From Octopus vulgaris (taxonomy: Eukaryota), in NCBI GenBank assembly GCA_951406725.2, contig OX597826.1, forward strand, positions 48,422,001 to 48,486,000: 64,000 bases of DNA. Reading direction: 5' to 3'. Position numbers and translations under genes: made by a program. Numbering within the stretch: the stretch's first letter is position 1; each line of letters begins with the position of its first letter. Positions 28,481 to 41,836 of this stretch are shown one piece after another. The notes beneath the pieces are model-generated. The model was not told the DNA's origin and ran no database searches. It worked only from the letters and a program-made list of their open reading frames with translations.

Positions 28481-28701
28481 CTTGGACATAGAAACTCTTT
28501 TTTCTGTTGCAGAAATAGTCTCCGGTGACAATTCTCTTTATAGACAATATGTGTGAAAACATCATTGGGCTATGAATGCCATCAGTCAATCATTAAGATA
28601 CATACATTTCTGTATCATTACACATCGTTGGCTAGAAATACCAAATCAGACTTTAACAGCTCTATAACAATGGTTGTTTGTATATATAGAAATAAAAGAA
28701 A

Positions 28702-29008
28702 TACACCCTTTTCAAGCCTAGCCAGGCTCATGGGCCTGGTTTCTCGGTTTCTGTGGCATATGTGTTCCTCCCCAGCTGGACGGGACACCAGTCCATCACA
28801 GCATTACTCAAGAAACAGGAAGAGAGAGTGAGAGAAAGTTGTGGCGAAAGAGTACAACAGGGGTTGCCACCATTCCTTGCTGGAGCCTCATGGACCTTTT
28901 TTGGTATTTACGCTCAATAAACACACACAACGCCCGGTCTGGGTATCGAAACTGCAATCCTCCGACATCAAGTCTGCTGCCCTAACCACTGGGCCATTGC
29001 ACCTCCAC
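28702..29008 (-). mobile_element. SINE family C
   Basis: Head ...cctaaccactgggccattgcacctccac, the reverse complement of the family C head. Confidence 0.8.
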
Positions 29009-29162
29009 TGTTTATATATATAAGAACAACAAAAAGTATATATGTTGATGAACATACATATGTGTCTAACATGATTGAATTCAACATAGTTATTCAACGT
29101 TGCTTCAAGCAATTCTGATTAATTTAGGCCAGGCTGACCAAGCTATGAATATACTAATTTAA

Positions 29163-29760
29163 TCTTTTATTTGTTTCAGCCTTTTGACTGTGGCCATGCT
29201 GGAGTACCACCTTAAAGGGTTTTTTGGTCGAAGAAATCAACCCCAGGGCTTATTCATTGCGAGCCTAGTACTTATTCTATTAGTGTAAACACATAAACAC
29301 ACCAACATCAGTTGTCAAGTAATGGCAGGTGGGGGGGGGGGGAACAAACACAGATACAAAGAGATACACAGACACACACACACATATATATACTGCATGT
29401 GTATCATCAGCGATTTTCTTTCTCTGTCTTCCCTTCCTTGGACCTTTCCTTTTTCTATGTTTCTGATGAAGAGCTCTGCTCGAAACATTAAATCCTCCTT
29501 CTTTCTTTGCTTTCTTGAGCGTCCAATAACACTATATTTGTTCCACGTCCTTGCATTGTTGTGTTTTCTCTTCGTTCATGTTTGGATTAACTATATATAT
29601 ATATATATGACAGGCTTCTTTCTTTTCAATCTACCAAATCCACTCACAAGGCTTTGGTCAGCCTGAGGCTATAGTAGAGAACACTTGCCCAAGATGCCAC
29701 ACAAAGGGACTGAACCCAGAACCATGTGGTTGGGAAGCAAGCATCTTACTACACAGCCAT
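29163..29760 (-). mobile_element. SINE family A with a hammerhead cassette (29405-29605) inserted in its internal microsatellite
   Basis: Tail and head halves flank a 200-bp insert homologous to 61520-61705. Confidence 0.8.
29459..29493 (+). ncRNA. Minimal hammerhead (CpG-decayed stem III)
   Basis: gttt CTGATGA a gagc-tct-gctc GAAAC ATT aaat. The homologue at 61616 has GAAAC GTT aaac. Confidence 0.7.
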
Positions 29761-31758
29761 ATTAACAAATACACTGTTTAAAGGCTACTTCAGTATTGAT
29801 AAATGACGATGCATAACAACACAGAAATACATACATCCCATGATCTGATGATCTCATTCGTAGCCCAATGTGCTTTCACACATGCCTACAAGGAGGGTTT
29901 TCTCCTACAATTATTTCCACATGAAAGGTTTTCCAACATTCGAATATGATGGGACATGCATATATTTCATTTTTTTAATGTTGGGAAGAGACATAATATT
30001 TAGTGCAATGTTATTACCTGTTTAAACATGCTCATTGCACATGTGAACCTTTAAGCAAGCCATTCATTGTATTTTGCATTGGAGAAAATTTCTCGCAATA
30101 GACAAATGGTGTAAATATACCTAAATCACCTCACAGCGCCACCTATCCAGACTGTGAGAAGCAAGCATTTCAGAAAAGTTATCTTCTCTTCAGTTACAGA
30201 AATCAAACAGGGTGCAGCCTTAATAATATTTAGTAATTTTCTCTTTCAACAGGCAAGAAGCTGGCAGAATCATTAGCAGACTGGAATAAATGCTTAGCAG
30301 CATATCCTTGCATTCTGAGTTCAAATTCTGCTAAGTGTAGCTTTGCCTTTCATCTTTGCAGGATCAATAAAGTAATTACAAGCTGAGCTCAAAGGAATCA
30401 ACTGGACCCCCTCCCCTAATAAAACTTCAGGCCTCGTGCCTAGAGTACAAAGACAATAAGAATTTCTTGTTTGGATATTTTGTGGTAGATTTTTCACTGT
30501 CTGAATTGGTAAACTTTTATTTTCTATTTGTTTCAGTCATTGGACTGTGGCTATGCTGGGGCACCACCTTGAAAAACTTTTAGTTGAATGAATCGACTCT
30601 AGCGATTATTTTTTTAAAACCCTGGTATTTTATTCTATCAGCCTCTTTTCACCAAACCACTAAGTTATGGGGATGTAAACAAGCCAACACCAGTTGTCAA
30701 GCAGTGGTTGGGAGACAAAGACAGATACAAAGACAAGCACACATACATATATACATACACACACACACACACACACACACGTGTGTGTATCTGTCTGTAT
30801 GTATGTATGTATGTATATACGATGGGCTTCTTTCAGTTTCTGTCAACCAAATCAATTCACAAGGCTGTAGGTCAGGCCCAAGACTATAATAGAAGACACT
30901 TGCCTAGGGTTCCACACAGTGGGATTGAACTTGGAACCATGTGGTTGAGAAGCAAGCTTCTTACCACACAACCACACAAGTGCCTATTCACACAGTCATT
31001 TCGTTTTTTTTTTTTGTTTGATTGCAATTTTGGGTGTAGTAGGAATGTGATGTAGGGTTTATTGTGAAAAAATTATATGATTGAGGATTTGTGAATTCAT
31101 GACGGATCTACATGGCAACCAAAGCCCTTAGGGATCACTGTACATGAAACTTGAATATGGTTTTTTAAAATAACTGCAACGCTTAAATGTCAGAATGCTA
31201 TGTTTATAAATATTACAGAAGGTTTTTTAAAAAAGGAAAAAAAATTATCTTATTGACATTGACAAACGAATTGAACATTTAATAGTGAGAGACATATGTC
31301 CCCTGATATCTTAGTATGGACTAGTCCCATGCAGCAGTCACTACTAATAAGGCATTTGCTACTATTTAAGGAATTGATTTTATGCCATTCCTGTCGTCAT
31401 CGTTATAATCCCATCATCATCATCATCATCGTCATCATCCTCATTATCATCATCATGATTATCATGTCATGGTCATCCTCCTCATCATCATCATCCTCAT
31501 CATTGTCGTCATCATCCTCATCATTGTCATAAACTTCATCACCATATTCATATTATCATCATCATCACCATCATTATAGTCATCACTGTTATCATCATCA
31601 TCATTATCACCTCATCATCATTGCTGTTGTCTTCATCCTCATCCTCATCATCATCATTGTCATCGTCATCGTCGACATCATCAACTTCATCACCATATTC
31701 ATCATTATCATCAACATCACCATCATTGTGGTCATCATTGTTATCATCATCGTCGTCG

Positions 31759-31799
<41 letters not shown>

Positions 31800-32123
31800 T
31801 TCATCATCATCATTATCACCTCATCATCATTGCGGTTGTCTCATCATCACCATCATCTTTGTCATTGTTGTCATCATTGCAATCCTTGTCATTGTCATCT
31901 TCATCATCGTTGTTACCAACATCATCATCCTTATCATCGTCATGGTATAGTAGACAACACTTACACCAGGTGGTGTACAGTGAGACTGAATTCAAACCCA
32001 TGTCACTGACAAGTAAATTTTCTCAACTACATTTATTTACACATTCACTCATATACGCATATTTGTGTGTGTGTGTGTATGTGTTTGAGTGTGTGTGTAA
32101 ATGTCTTAGTTGTTAACAATACA

Positions 32124-32154
<31 letters not shown>

Positions 32155-32358
32155 AAGTAGATAAATGAATTATCTTATTACGGATAATTCAAATGATAAC
32201 CGATACCTGGGTAGCAAAAATCACAACAGAAAAATCACGGTTGAAGTTACGACCATGGGGCATAAAAACCGTGCCTTAGTGCGGAAATTTGAAGTTTTAT
32301 ATATTAAGTGTAGGAAGAAATGGAGCTGAACAAAGATTTAACAAAATTCCTTTATATT

Positions 32359-32444
32359 ATTTCCTACATATGTTTCGAAGGCTGCAAAGTCCCTAATTCG
32401 GATTGAATAAGGAGTCCATTTTGCAGCTTTCTCTTCAGGAAAAT
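32359..32444 (-). ncRNA. Type I hammerhead ribozyme, intact core
   Basis: Minus strand: attttc CTGAAGA gaaagctgcaaa...tttgcagccttc GAA ACATATGT A ggaaat. Confidence 0.85.
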
Positions 32445-32503
32445 CCAGGAACTTAATTCTCCAACAAAATGCACAACATTTTGTTGGAGAATTAAGTTCC
32501 TGG

Positions 32504-32578
32504 ATTTTCCTGAAGAGAAAGCTGCAAAATGGACTCCGAATTAGGGACTTTGCAGCCTTCGAAACATATGTAGAAAAT
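32504..32578 (+). ncRNA. Type I hammerhead ribozyme, intact core
   Basis: attttc CTGAAGA gaaagctgcaaa...tttgcagccttc GAA ACATATGT A gaaaat. 6-bp stem I, 12-bp stem II with one mismatch, palindromic stem III, GUA site. Confidence 0.88.
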
Positions 32579-32952
32579 AATATAAAGGAATTTTGTTAAA
32601 TCTTCGTTCAGCTCCATTTCTTCCTACACTTAATATATATATATATATGTATAAGAATGACAATAAAGACTCAAATTAGGCAATCAACGCTTTTTACATA
32701 TGCATACACAGTTATAAATTCAATAGAAGTGGTTGTGTGGTAAATAGCTCGCTTACCAACCACATGGTTCTGGGTTCAGTCCCACTACATGGCACCTTTG
32801 GCAAGTGTCTTCTACTATAGCCTCGGGTTAACCAAAGCCTTGTGAGTGGATTTGGTAGACAGAAACTGAAAGAAGCCTGTCATATATATATATATATATA
32901 TATCATCATCATTTAACGTCCGCTTTCCATGCTAGCATGGGTTGGACGATTT

Positions 32953-33012
32953 GAAAGATAAATTAAAAATTAAAAATTAGTGCAGTAATTTTTAATTTTT
33001 AATTTATCTTTC
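32953..33012. repeat. Perfect 27-bp AT-rich inverted repeat with a 6-nt loop
   Basis: gaaagataaattaaaaattaaaaatta gtgcag taatttttaatttttaatttatctttc. Confidence 0.9.
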
Positions 33013-33275
33013 CAACAAACACCATTTTATAGTGTGTGTCTATGAGCAAAACACCTAAAGCTCCATGCAGATTCAGCTGAAAGTGAAGGCGAACTTCTGC
33101 TGACTCTTTCGCCACAACTTTCTCTCACTCTTTCCTCCTGCATCTTGCAGCTCACCTGCAATGGCTGGCATCCCATCCAGATGGGGAACCTATAAGCCAA
33201 GGAAACCAGGAAACCAGTCCTATGAGCCAGGCGTGGCTCCAGAAGGAATAAACAATGTGTGTGTGTATATATATA

Positions 33276-33590
33276 TCATCATCATCGTTTAACATCCGTT
33301 TTCTGCGCTAGCATGGGTTGGACGGTTCGACTGGGGTCTGGGAAGCCAGGGGCTGCACCAGGCTCCAGTCTGATGTGGCAGTGTTTCTACAGCTGGATGT
33401 CCTTCCTAATGGCAACCACTCCGCGAGTTTAGTGGGTGCTTTTTACGTGCCACCGGCACAGGTGCCAGGGGAGTCTGGCATTGGCCATGATCGGTTGGTG
33501 CTTTTAATGTGCCACCGGCACGGAAGCCAGTCAAGGCGGCGCTGGCATTGGCCATGTTCGGATAGTGCTGTTTATGTGCCATCGGCACAG
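33276..33590 (-). mobile_element. 5'-truncated RTE-LINE 3' UTR
   Basis: (cat)n cgtttaacatccg...gtttctacagctggatgtccttcctaatggcaaccactcc. Homologous to 39468-39720; other copies at 32903-32952 and 35036-35225. Confidence 0.75.
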
Positions 33591-34073
33591 TGTGTGTTTA
33601 TATACATGTATGTATATGTATGTGTATATATATGTATATACATACACACATACATGCATACATGTGTGTTTGTGCATCTGCATATGCATATGTGAGAGAG
33701 AAAGAGAGGGAGAGAGAGAAAGAGGGGAAAGAGAGTATGCATTTGGGTGTAATTTGGTGTATGTGTATTTGTGTGTATGTATAAAGTTATATGTTGGCCT
33801 TTTATCAACAAGAATTAGGATGTATAAAAATCAAGATCTTATTAGATGCCTCAGTGAAGCTGACAGCAGATTCAAGTGGTTATTCAATTTCATTGTTCAC
33901 TGATTAGAATGAGAAAACGCATCACATTTTTTACAAACAACTGGAACAGTCCACCTGAACTTTTATCAGGCTATTGACCTATTCTATTTGTGTGTCTGAA
34001 TGTAAGACAAGTATGTGATGTGTGTGTGCGTATGCACAAGCAACAGAACATACACACACTTATATATATATGG

Positions 34074-34455
34074 GGAAGCACTCCATCGGTTACAACGGCG
34101 AGGGTTCCGGTTGATCCAATCAACGGAACAGCCTGCTCATGAAATTAACGTGTAAGTGGCTTAGCACTCCACAGACACATGTACCCTTAACGTAGTTCTC
34201 GGGGATATTCAGCGTGACACAGAGAGTGACAAGGCCGGCCCTTTGAAATACAGGTACAACAGGAAGAGGAAGTAAGAGTGAGAGAAAGTTGTGGTGAAAG
34301 AGTACAGCAGGCATCACCACCATCCCTGCCGGAACCTCGTGGAGCTTTAGGCGTTTTCGCTCAATAAACACTCACAACGCCCGGTCTGGGAATCGAAACC
34401 GCGATCCTACGACTGCGAGTCTGCTGCCCTAACCACTAGGCCATTGCGCCTCCAC
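34074..34455 (-). mobile_element. SINE family C, full length
   Basis: Minus-strand head gtggaggcgcaatggcctagtggttagggcagcagactcgcagtcgtaggatcgcggtttcgattccc with A and B boxes, flanked by (TA)n. Confidence 0.88.
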
Positions 34456-34544
34456 TATATATATATATATATAATGTTACATAATATATATGTATCTATA
34501 TATGTATACATAAACATATAATGTTATATAATGTATATGTATAT

Positions 34545-34595
<51 letters not shown>

Positions 34596-34709
34596 CCTAT
34601 CTATCTATGTATCTATATAATAATAAAGGGTAAAATTAATTAATCAATTAATAATTAATAATTTTACCAAATAGTTCGGTATGTTAAAAAAACCATTATC
34701 GGTAACCTT

Positions 34710-34952
34710 ATACAAAAATTCTATTATTATAAGCATAATTATAATTAGGGTTCAGCAAAAATTGCTTCATCACAAACCGAAATTTAGAAATAGTAGTCAA
34801 ATACTATTCCACTACCATCTTATATGTAAATACATACCATCTTATGGTAGTGGAATAGTATTTAACTGCTATTTCTAAATTTCGCTGTGTGGTGAAGCAA
34901 TTTTTGCTGAACCCTAATTATAATTATGCTTATAATTATAGAATTTTTGTAT
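34710..34952. repeat. Fold-back palindrome (~109 bp arms, 25-nt spacer); cassette starts ~34620
   Basis: atacaaaaattcta...attccactaccat / atggtagtggaat...tagaatttttgtat. Arm sequence is related to 36034-36098 of an HHR-bearing cassette. Confidence 0.92.
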
Positions 34953-34973
34953 CTCTCTCTCTCTATATATATA

Positions 34974-35006
<33 letters not shown>

Positions 35007-35327
35007 GGCTCTCTATCTATCTATCTATCTATCTATCATCATCATCATCATCATTGACTTACATCCATTTCCATGCTGGCATGGGTTGGATAGTCAAACA
35101 GGAGCTGGCCACCTGATGAGCTGCCCAGACTCCATGTCTGTTTTAGCATGATTTCTACAGCTGGAAGCCCTTCCTAACATCAGTCACTTTACAGAGTGGA
35201 CTGGGTGCTTTTACACAACACCAGGACAGGCTATAGTAGAAGACACTTGCCCAAGGTACCATGCAGTGGAACTGAACCCAGAACTATGTGGTTGGCAAGC
35301 TACTTACCACACAGCCACTCTTGTGCC

Positions 35328-35486
<159 letters not shown>

Positions 35487-35881
35487 TACATATATAGTTA
35501 TCATTGTAATACCATTTTTCTATGCATGTATGTGTCATGGAATTTGTTGAAACAGATTTTCTACAGCTGGTTGCCCTTCATGTAGCCGACCCTCACATGT
35601 TTTCATGTGTGATAATAGTTTCCCATAGTCAGACATTGCTTTCATGTAAGATTGTATGAGAGGGGCATTTGTTAACAATTATTGTATGAAGTTATGCAAA
35701 GATAACAATAGCACATACTTGCACACAGGCACACATGCACAGACAACACACACACATTATATATATATATATATATATATATAAACAACTTATAATTTTA
35801 ATCTTTAAAGGTATTTTAATATGCTGCCACTTTTTGATGAAATTTTCTGAAAAAATTTCATCCTATATTAATAGTACATAT

Positions 35882-36020
<139 letters not shown>

Positions 36021-36214
36021 AAACATTACGTCATATAATTAGGGTTCAGTAAAATAATTTACTTTACCACACACCGAACTTTTAGAAATAGCAGCCAAAA
36101 ACTCTTAGCTATTCCCTCTACTGTAAGAAAAGTCTCCTAGACAATGTATACTCAAAAATAATTCACGCAGGTATAGAGGGAAAAATAACGAAAGATCACA
36201 CGAACATCGATTAC

Positions 36215-36275
36215 TTGAGAACACCGTTTCTGGATTAGTTGCATATAGAGATCAACATTTCCGTCATCAGCTCAA
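36215..36275 (-). ncRNA. Type I hammerhead ribozyme in a (TA)n-flanked cassette (36020-36312)
   Basis: Minus strand: ttgag CTGATGA c gga-aat-gttg...caac-taa-tcc a GAA AC-ggt-GT T ctcaa. Perfect 5-bp stem I, GUU site. Confidence 0.8.
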
Positions 36276-36312
36276 TATTTCTTCAGATTCTCTCTCTCTG
36301 ATATTTGACAAC

Positions 36313-36343
<31 letters not shown>

Positions 36344-36812
36344 ATATGTATGTACTTATTTATGTATGTATGTATATGTGACAAGCTTCTTTCAGTTTCT
36401 GTTAATCAAATCCACTCACAGAGTTCTGGTTTTCTTGGTGTTAAAGCAGAGAAAACTTGTCCAAGTTTGCAAGCAGTGGTACTGAACCTGAGACTGCATG
36501 ATTGGGAAATAAATTTCTTACCACACACTCACATATATATAAATACACACACACACACATATATATATTCATTTTTTTATTTGTTTCAGTCATGTGACTT
36601 CAACCATACACATTTATGAGAGCAATTCCAGAAGTCATGGAACTTCTCTAGAAGAGGATACATCATAGGATATTTGAGGAATTTACCAAAAGAGAGACAA
36701 GGAAGAGAAGAAAAGAGATAAGAAAAGAGAGAATGGTGCCATGTAAATAACACATGTGGGTTATGGTCACACATTAAACCTATATATGAGTGTTTATATA
36801 TATATTTTTTTC

Positions 36813-36946
<134 letters not shown>

Positions 36947-36967
36947 CAATATATATATATATACATA

Positions 36968-37255
36968 CAGTGGTTAGGGCAGTGGACTCGCGGTGGTAGG
37001 ATCGCGGTTTCGATTCCCAGACTGGGCGTTGAGAGTGTTTATTGAGCGATAATACCTAAAAGCTCCATGATGCTCCGGCAGGGGGTGGTGATCCCTGCTG
37101 TACTCTTTCACCACTCTTTCTGCCACTCTTTCTTCTGTTGGCCTGCTCACTTAGCCAGCGGGGTGGCGTCATTCGAAGGCTAAAACAATGCAAACGCATT
37201 GTGACCAGCGATGTGTAACAACATCTGATGGTCTGGTCGGTCACGTGATCACGTG

Positions 37256-37257
<2 letters not shown>
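36968..37257 (+). mobile_element. SINE family C variant with a different tail (...tcacgtgatcacgtga)
   Basis: Family C head cagtggttagggcagtggactcgcggtggtaggatcgcggtttcgattccc. Confidence 0.8.
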
Positions 37258-37289
<32 letters not shown>

Positions 37290-38289
37290 GTATATATATT
37301 CATGTGTATATGTGTATGCCCCCATGTGTGTCTATGTATGTCTTTGTCTTTATTCTGTACTTTCATCTGCATATTTGCTGACTTTTTACAGGCAATAATT
37401 TAAAAAATATTAATAAGTAAAAACAAAATTTACAAAAAATAGATTTTTTTAAAAAATACGGTGAAATGAAAAATGCAATACATTTTTACTAATTAAATTC
37501 ATCTTAGGTCTTGTTTCATGTGTAATGTATGTGTGTGTGTATAAATAAATAAATATATTAATAAACATATATATATATACATGTATATGTGTATATATGT
37601 ATATATATATATATATAACAGGTTAATATTCCAGTTGACATAGACCCATACATGTATACATATATATGTATATTTGCACACATATGCACATTTTGATACA
37701 CATGTACATACCCACAATCTATCTATATATATGTACATACACATGTAAATGTATGTACACACACACATATACACTCACACATATACACACACACATATAC
37801 CAACACTCATATATACATATACATATATATACACACACACATATATACACACACATATATATATATACATATCTATGTATGCGTATGTATATATATGTAG
37901 GTATGTATACCATAAAATTTTTTTTATGATGAAACTTTCTAAATTGCAACTCTAAGTGTCACGTTTTACCAATTCTCAAGCAATAAAAGAAATAAATCAA
38001 AAGAACTTATATTTATGTACGAAATAAAAACCAATGAATATGCACGTCAGGAAGAGAGAATCCTTTTGATCTGGTTGGATTGTGTAACAACAATATATAT
38101 ATATATATTAGACTGTCTGTCAGTTATTCACTAGACGTTTCAAAATATTTCAATGTAAATTTCGGATTTATGATGGTAGAATTATTGAAAGTGAGATGCT
38201 TGTAAACAAAAGAAAATTTTGCATTTGTTTGGAAGATGCAGCAGTATGGTTTGAAGCTGTCTGACATTAAAACATTTTAAAGTATTTTG

Positions 38290-39200
38290 ATGAATATGTC
38301 AATTTATGGCTACAAAAGATGTTAACTCTGACCAGGTGTTTAAGGTAAAATTCTTATAGAACAATGTATTCAGTTTTTTATTTGAAATACAAAGATTACA
38401 GCAATCGTTATCTTTATAATAAGATCTGGTATAATCTGATATCTTCAAAATAATTTTATATTTTCAGAATCTTTTATTTCTTAAAAGCAAAGTTTACTTT
38501 GGCTAACTTACCTTCAATTATCTTTCAGGATTTCTGAAAGTATGCTGATGTTGGCTGATTCTTAACTTAAAATGATTCCCAGTCAATCCAGTATAATGTT
38601 TGAAAATTAAATTACCAGCTCTAAATACTTTTGCACACTAAACTATCAACTTCAAAAGACAAATTATTGAATGGACAATTTACAAGGTTATAACATTTAC
38701 ATGAATGGGAAATGCTAAAATGTAGGTAGAGCTATATAATACTTGGTGAAAACTAATACTATTTGGAGTAAAGATTTATTAATCAATGGATATAAAGTTC
38801 AATGATATCTTGGACCAGGTAACTTTAATCAGATGCTTATTGCTAATACTCTTGAACCACATTATGACAGGACCAGTATTATGTCACCATGGTGAATCAG
38901 TTATTTGTTTAATTCTAGGAATAATGGTGACAAAGTTATTGTCACTTACTATATTTAATTCACTGTTGGTTGAATATATTAACCTCTATGATTGATTATA
39001 AAATGATGGATTATTAGATTATTGGTTTTGTTCAAGTCCTTAAATGTAATGTAAGATATGTGAAATGCTAAACTTTCAATCCTACTATGTTCCTAATTTG
39101 GTTGCTGTATTCCTTAGTTTCTAAATAGATGTAATTGAGTAATGTGTTGGTAATGCTACATGATCAAATCTTTTATGTTGTTATTACATTGGTAATTTCA
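38290..39200 (-). pseudogene. Decayed Penelope-like retroelement ORF, C-terminal GIY-YIG endonuclease region
   Basis: Minus-strand fragments KHYTGLTGNHFKLRISQH (~38547-38601), CCNLCIS (~38385-38405) and LNTWSELTS (~38318-38343) match Y.G.T..FK.R...H / C.LC / LN..SE motifs. Confidence 0.65.
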
Positions 39201-39467
39201 TATACTGTTTTTAGTTATCACCTCAAGTACTAATATGGGAGCCAAAATTATCCAGAAATTCGGTAGTATTAAATTGTTTGGCACTCCCGGGAAAGTGGTT
39301 CTGTAGGTAAGTCTTGAAACCATAGTGACCTTCATTCAACAGCTGATGAGAAGAGTTCCTAGTAGTGCATACATACATACACAAAAACACACACGCAAAC
39401 ACACACATACACTCATGCACACACACATACTCATATACATGTGCTTCTAAATATATACATATATATA

Positions 39468-40318
39468 TCATCATCATCATTATCGTTTAATGTTCGTTGT
39501 TCATGCCAGCATGGGTCAGATGGTTTAACCAGGCTGGCATGCTGAAAGGCTGCACCAGACTCCAGTCTGATTTGACATGATTTTCTACAACTGAATGACC
39601 TTCCTAATGCCAACCACTCTGAGAGTGTAATGGGTGCTTTTACATGCCACTATCATGGGTGCCATTTGTGCGACACTGGGGTACTTTTAGGTGCCATCAG
39701 CATGAGTGCAATTTTGCTCAGCTTGATGGGTCTTCTCAAGCACAACATTGTGCAAAAGGTCTCAGTCATTACCTCTGTGAGGCCCAACACTTGAAAGGAA
39801 CTTAGTCGCTTTGCTTCCATGAGGCCCAACGCTCAAAAGGAACTCAGTCACTTAGCCTTCGTCAGGCCCAACACTCAGAAGGAACTCAGCCATTTTGCCT
39901 CTATGAGGTCCAATGCTTGAAAGGTGTCCTTTATGTGCCACTAGCATGGGTGCACTTGGCTTGATGGGTCCTCTCAAGCACAGCACATCGCCAAAGTTCT
40001 TGGTCACTAGTCTTTGCCTTTGTGAGGCTCAAAGTTCAAAGATCATGCTTCACCATCTCATCCCATGTCTTCCTGGATCTACTTCTACCACAGTTAGAGA
40101 TCGGCACTTTTTTATACAGTTGTATTCATCTATATGCATCACATGACCCTACCAATACAGTTGTCTCTCTTGCACACCACAATTGATCCCTCTTATGTCT
40201 AACTTTTCTCTTAAGATGCTTACACTCTGTCAAACATGCATGCTGACATTGTACATCCAGTGAAGTATACTGGCTCCCTTTATTTCAAGCCTACACATGT
40301 CCTCAGCTGTCACAGCCC
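39468..40318 (-). mobile_element. 5'-truncated RTE-clade LINE (ORF C-terminus, 42-bp tandem repeat at ~39775-39925, 3' UTR, (GAT)n tail)
   Basis: LREKLDIRGINCGVQERQLYW*GHVMHIDE and GRSRSRKTWDEMVKHDL...DQELWRCAVLERT. Confidence 0.85.
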
Positions 40319-40489
40319 ATATATATATATACGTACATATATATATAAATATATATTTATATATATATTCAATTCAAAGGACAAACTTTTAAAAAAGAAG
40401 CAAAAAACAAAGCAAGAAGGAAAAAGAAACCAATGTGAGGACATACACAAAAAATATATAAATCTGACGCTCAGTGAAAGGAGTGAGTT

Positions 40490-40523
40490 GTTAATGTCTT
40501 GAGCATAGCTCTTCATCGGAAAG
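40490..40523 (-). ncRNA. Degenerate minimal hammerhead related to 29459 and 61616
   Basis: Minus strand: cttt CCGATGA a gagc-tat-gctc AAGAC ATT aac. The GAAA segment is mutated. Confidence 0.45.
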
Positions 40524-40589
40524 AGAAAAGTCCAAAGAGGAAGAAGGAAAAATTGCAAACAATCCACATGCAGTTATATTTCTGAAGTG

Positions 40590-40714
<125 letters not shown>

Positions 40715-40719
40715 ATATA

Positions 40720-40772
<53 letters not shown>

Positions 40773-40824
40773 TTACATGCATATGTCTATAACTATATAT
40801 ATGTATATGTATATATATATGTTC

Positions 40825-41070
40825 TTGTATTTCAAGATGGTCATTTTATTTATTATTCTCTTTTTTGCCAAATAAACAGACGCACTATTTTTGTTTTCAC
40901 TCATTAATTACTGTTATTTTATTATTTAAATGCATGTCCATTGTTCAGAAATCTTTCGTCACACACCTCTGACCTCCTCAGTGATACTTTTTGTTTCTGT
41001 ATATATTTAGTGAGTGTTATTATTTGGCAAAAAACATTATAATAAATAAAATGATCATCCTGAAATACAA
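40825..41070. repeat. Inverted repeat (~63 bp arms, ~120 bp spacer holding a hammerhead); cassette continues to ~41130
   Basis: ttgtatttcaagatggtcattttatttattat...ttttttgccaaataa versus ttatttggcaaaaaa...ataataaataaaatgatcatcctgaaatacaa. Confidence 0.85.
40943..40987 (-). ncRNA. Minimal type I hammerhead
   Basis: Minus strand: gtatca CTGAGGA g gtca-gaggtgtg-tgac GAA AGATTT C tgaac. Stem II gtca/tgac, stem I tca/tga, UUC site. Confidence 0.65.
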
Positions 41071-41272
41071 CAATATCTGTTTCATCAGACATTTTCACAT
41101 CAGGAATCTTGCAAAACGAGTTGATAAATGTGTATATATATATATATATATATTTAGCAATTAAGGACAACTACTTAATAAGGAAAACTTAACAAGAAAT
41201 TGTCAGGTAGATAGCGTGAAAACCTCATAAGAGAATAAATTTCGAAAATAATTATTTCTTATTGAACATATT

Positions 41273-41538
41273 AATTTATATATAGAGGGCATTATACATA
41301 CATGCCAGTGGGCATTATACATACATGCCACACGCTAAGAGGGACAATTAGTCATTTCTACCAAAAAATATTACTAATTCCACCGAGTGCAATTTTTCAA
41401 AGTAAGACATCTTACTTTGTGCACTCGGTGGGATTAGTAATATTTTTTGGTAGAAATGACTAATTGTCCCTCTTAGCGTGTGGCATGTATGTATAATGCC
41501 CGCTGGCATGTATGTATAATGCCCTCTATATATAAATT
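41273..41538. repeat. Near-perfect fold-back palindrome (~130 bp arms, 2-nt loop, 6-nt bulge); cassette starts ~41155
   Basis: aatttatatatagagggcattatac...gagtgca(attttt)caaagtaaga ca tcttactttgtgcactc...gtataatgccctctatatataaatt. Confidence 0.95.
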
Positions 41539-41659
41539 TATATATATATATATATATATATATACTTACATACATATGCATATATAAATATATTCAGACA
41601 TACATACACACATATATATATATACTTACATACACATGCATATATAAATATATTCAGAC

Positions 41660-41692
<33 letters not shown>

Positions 41693-41802
41693 GATAGATA
41701 GGTAGATAGATAGATAGATAGATAGATAGATACATACATACATACATACATATATAGATAGATAGATAAATAGATAGATAGATACATACATACATACATA
41801 CA

Positions 41803-41836
<34 letters not shown>

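Larger units (their letters stand above)
32301..32636. repeat. Near-perfect fold-back palindrome (~165 bp arms, 5-nt loop at 32472-32476); cassette spans ~32150-32636 between (TA)n tracts
   Basis: atattaagtgtaggaagaaatggagctgaac...ccaacaaaatg cacaa cattttgttgg...gttcagctccatttcttcctacacttaatat. The left arm has an 11-nt extra segment. Confidence 0.95.

Noticed and set aside
38117-38160. GAAACGTC (minus) downstream of the PLE relic as a hammerhead
   Set aside because: No convincing CUGANGA or stem I.
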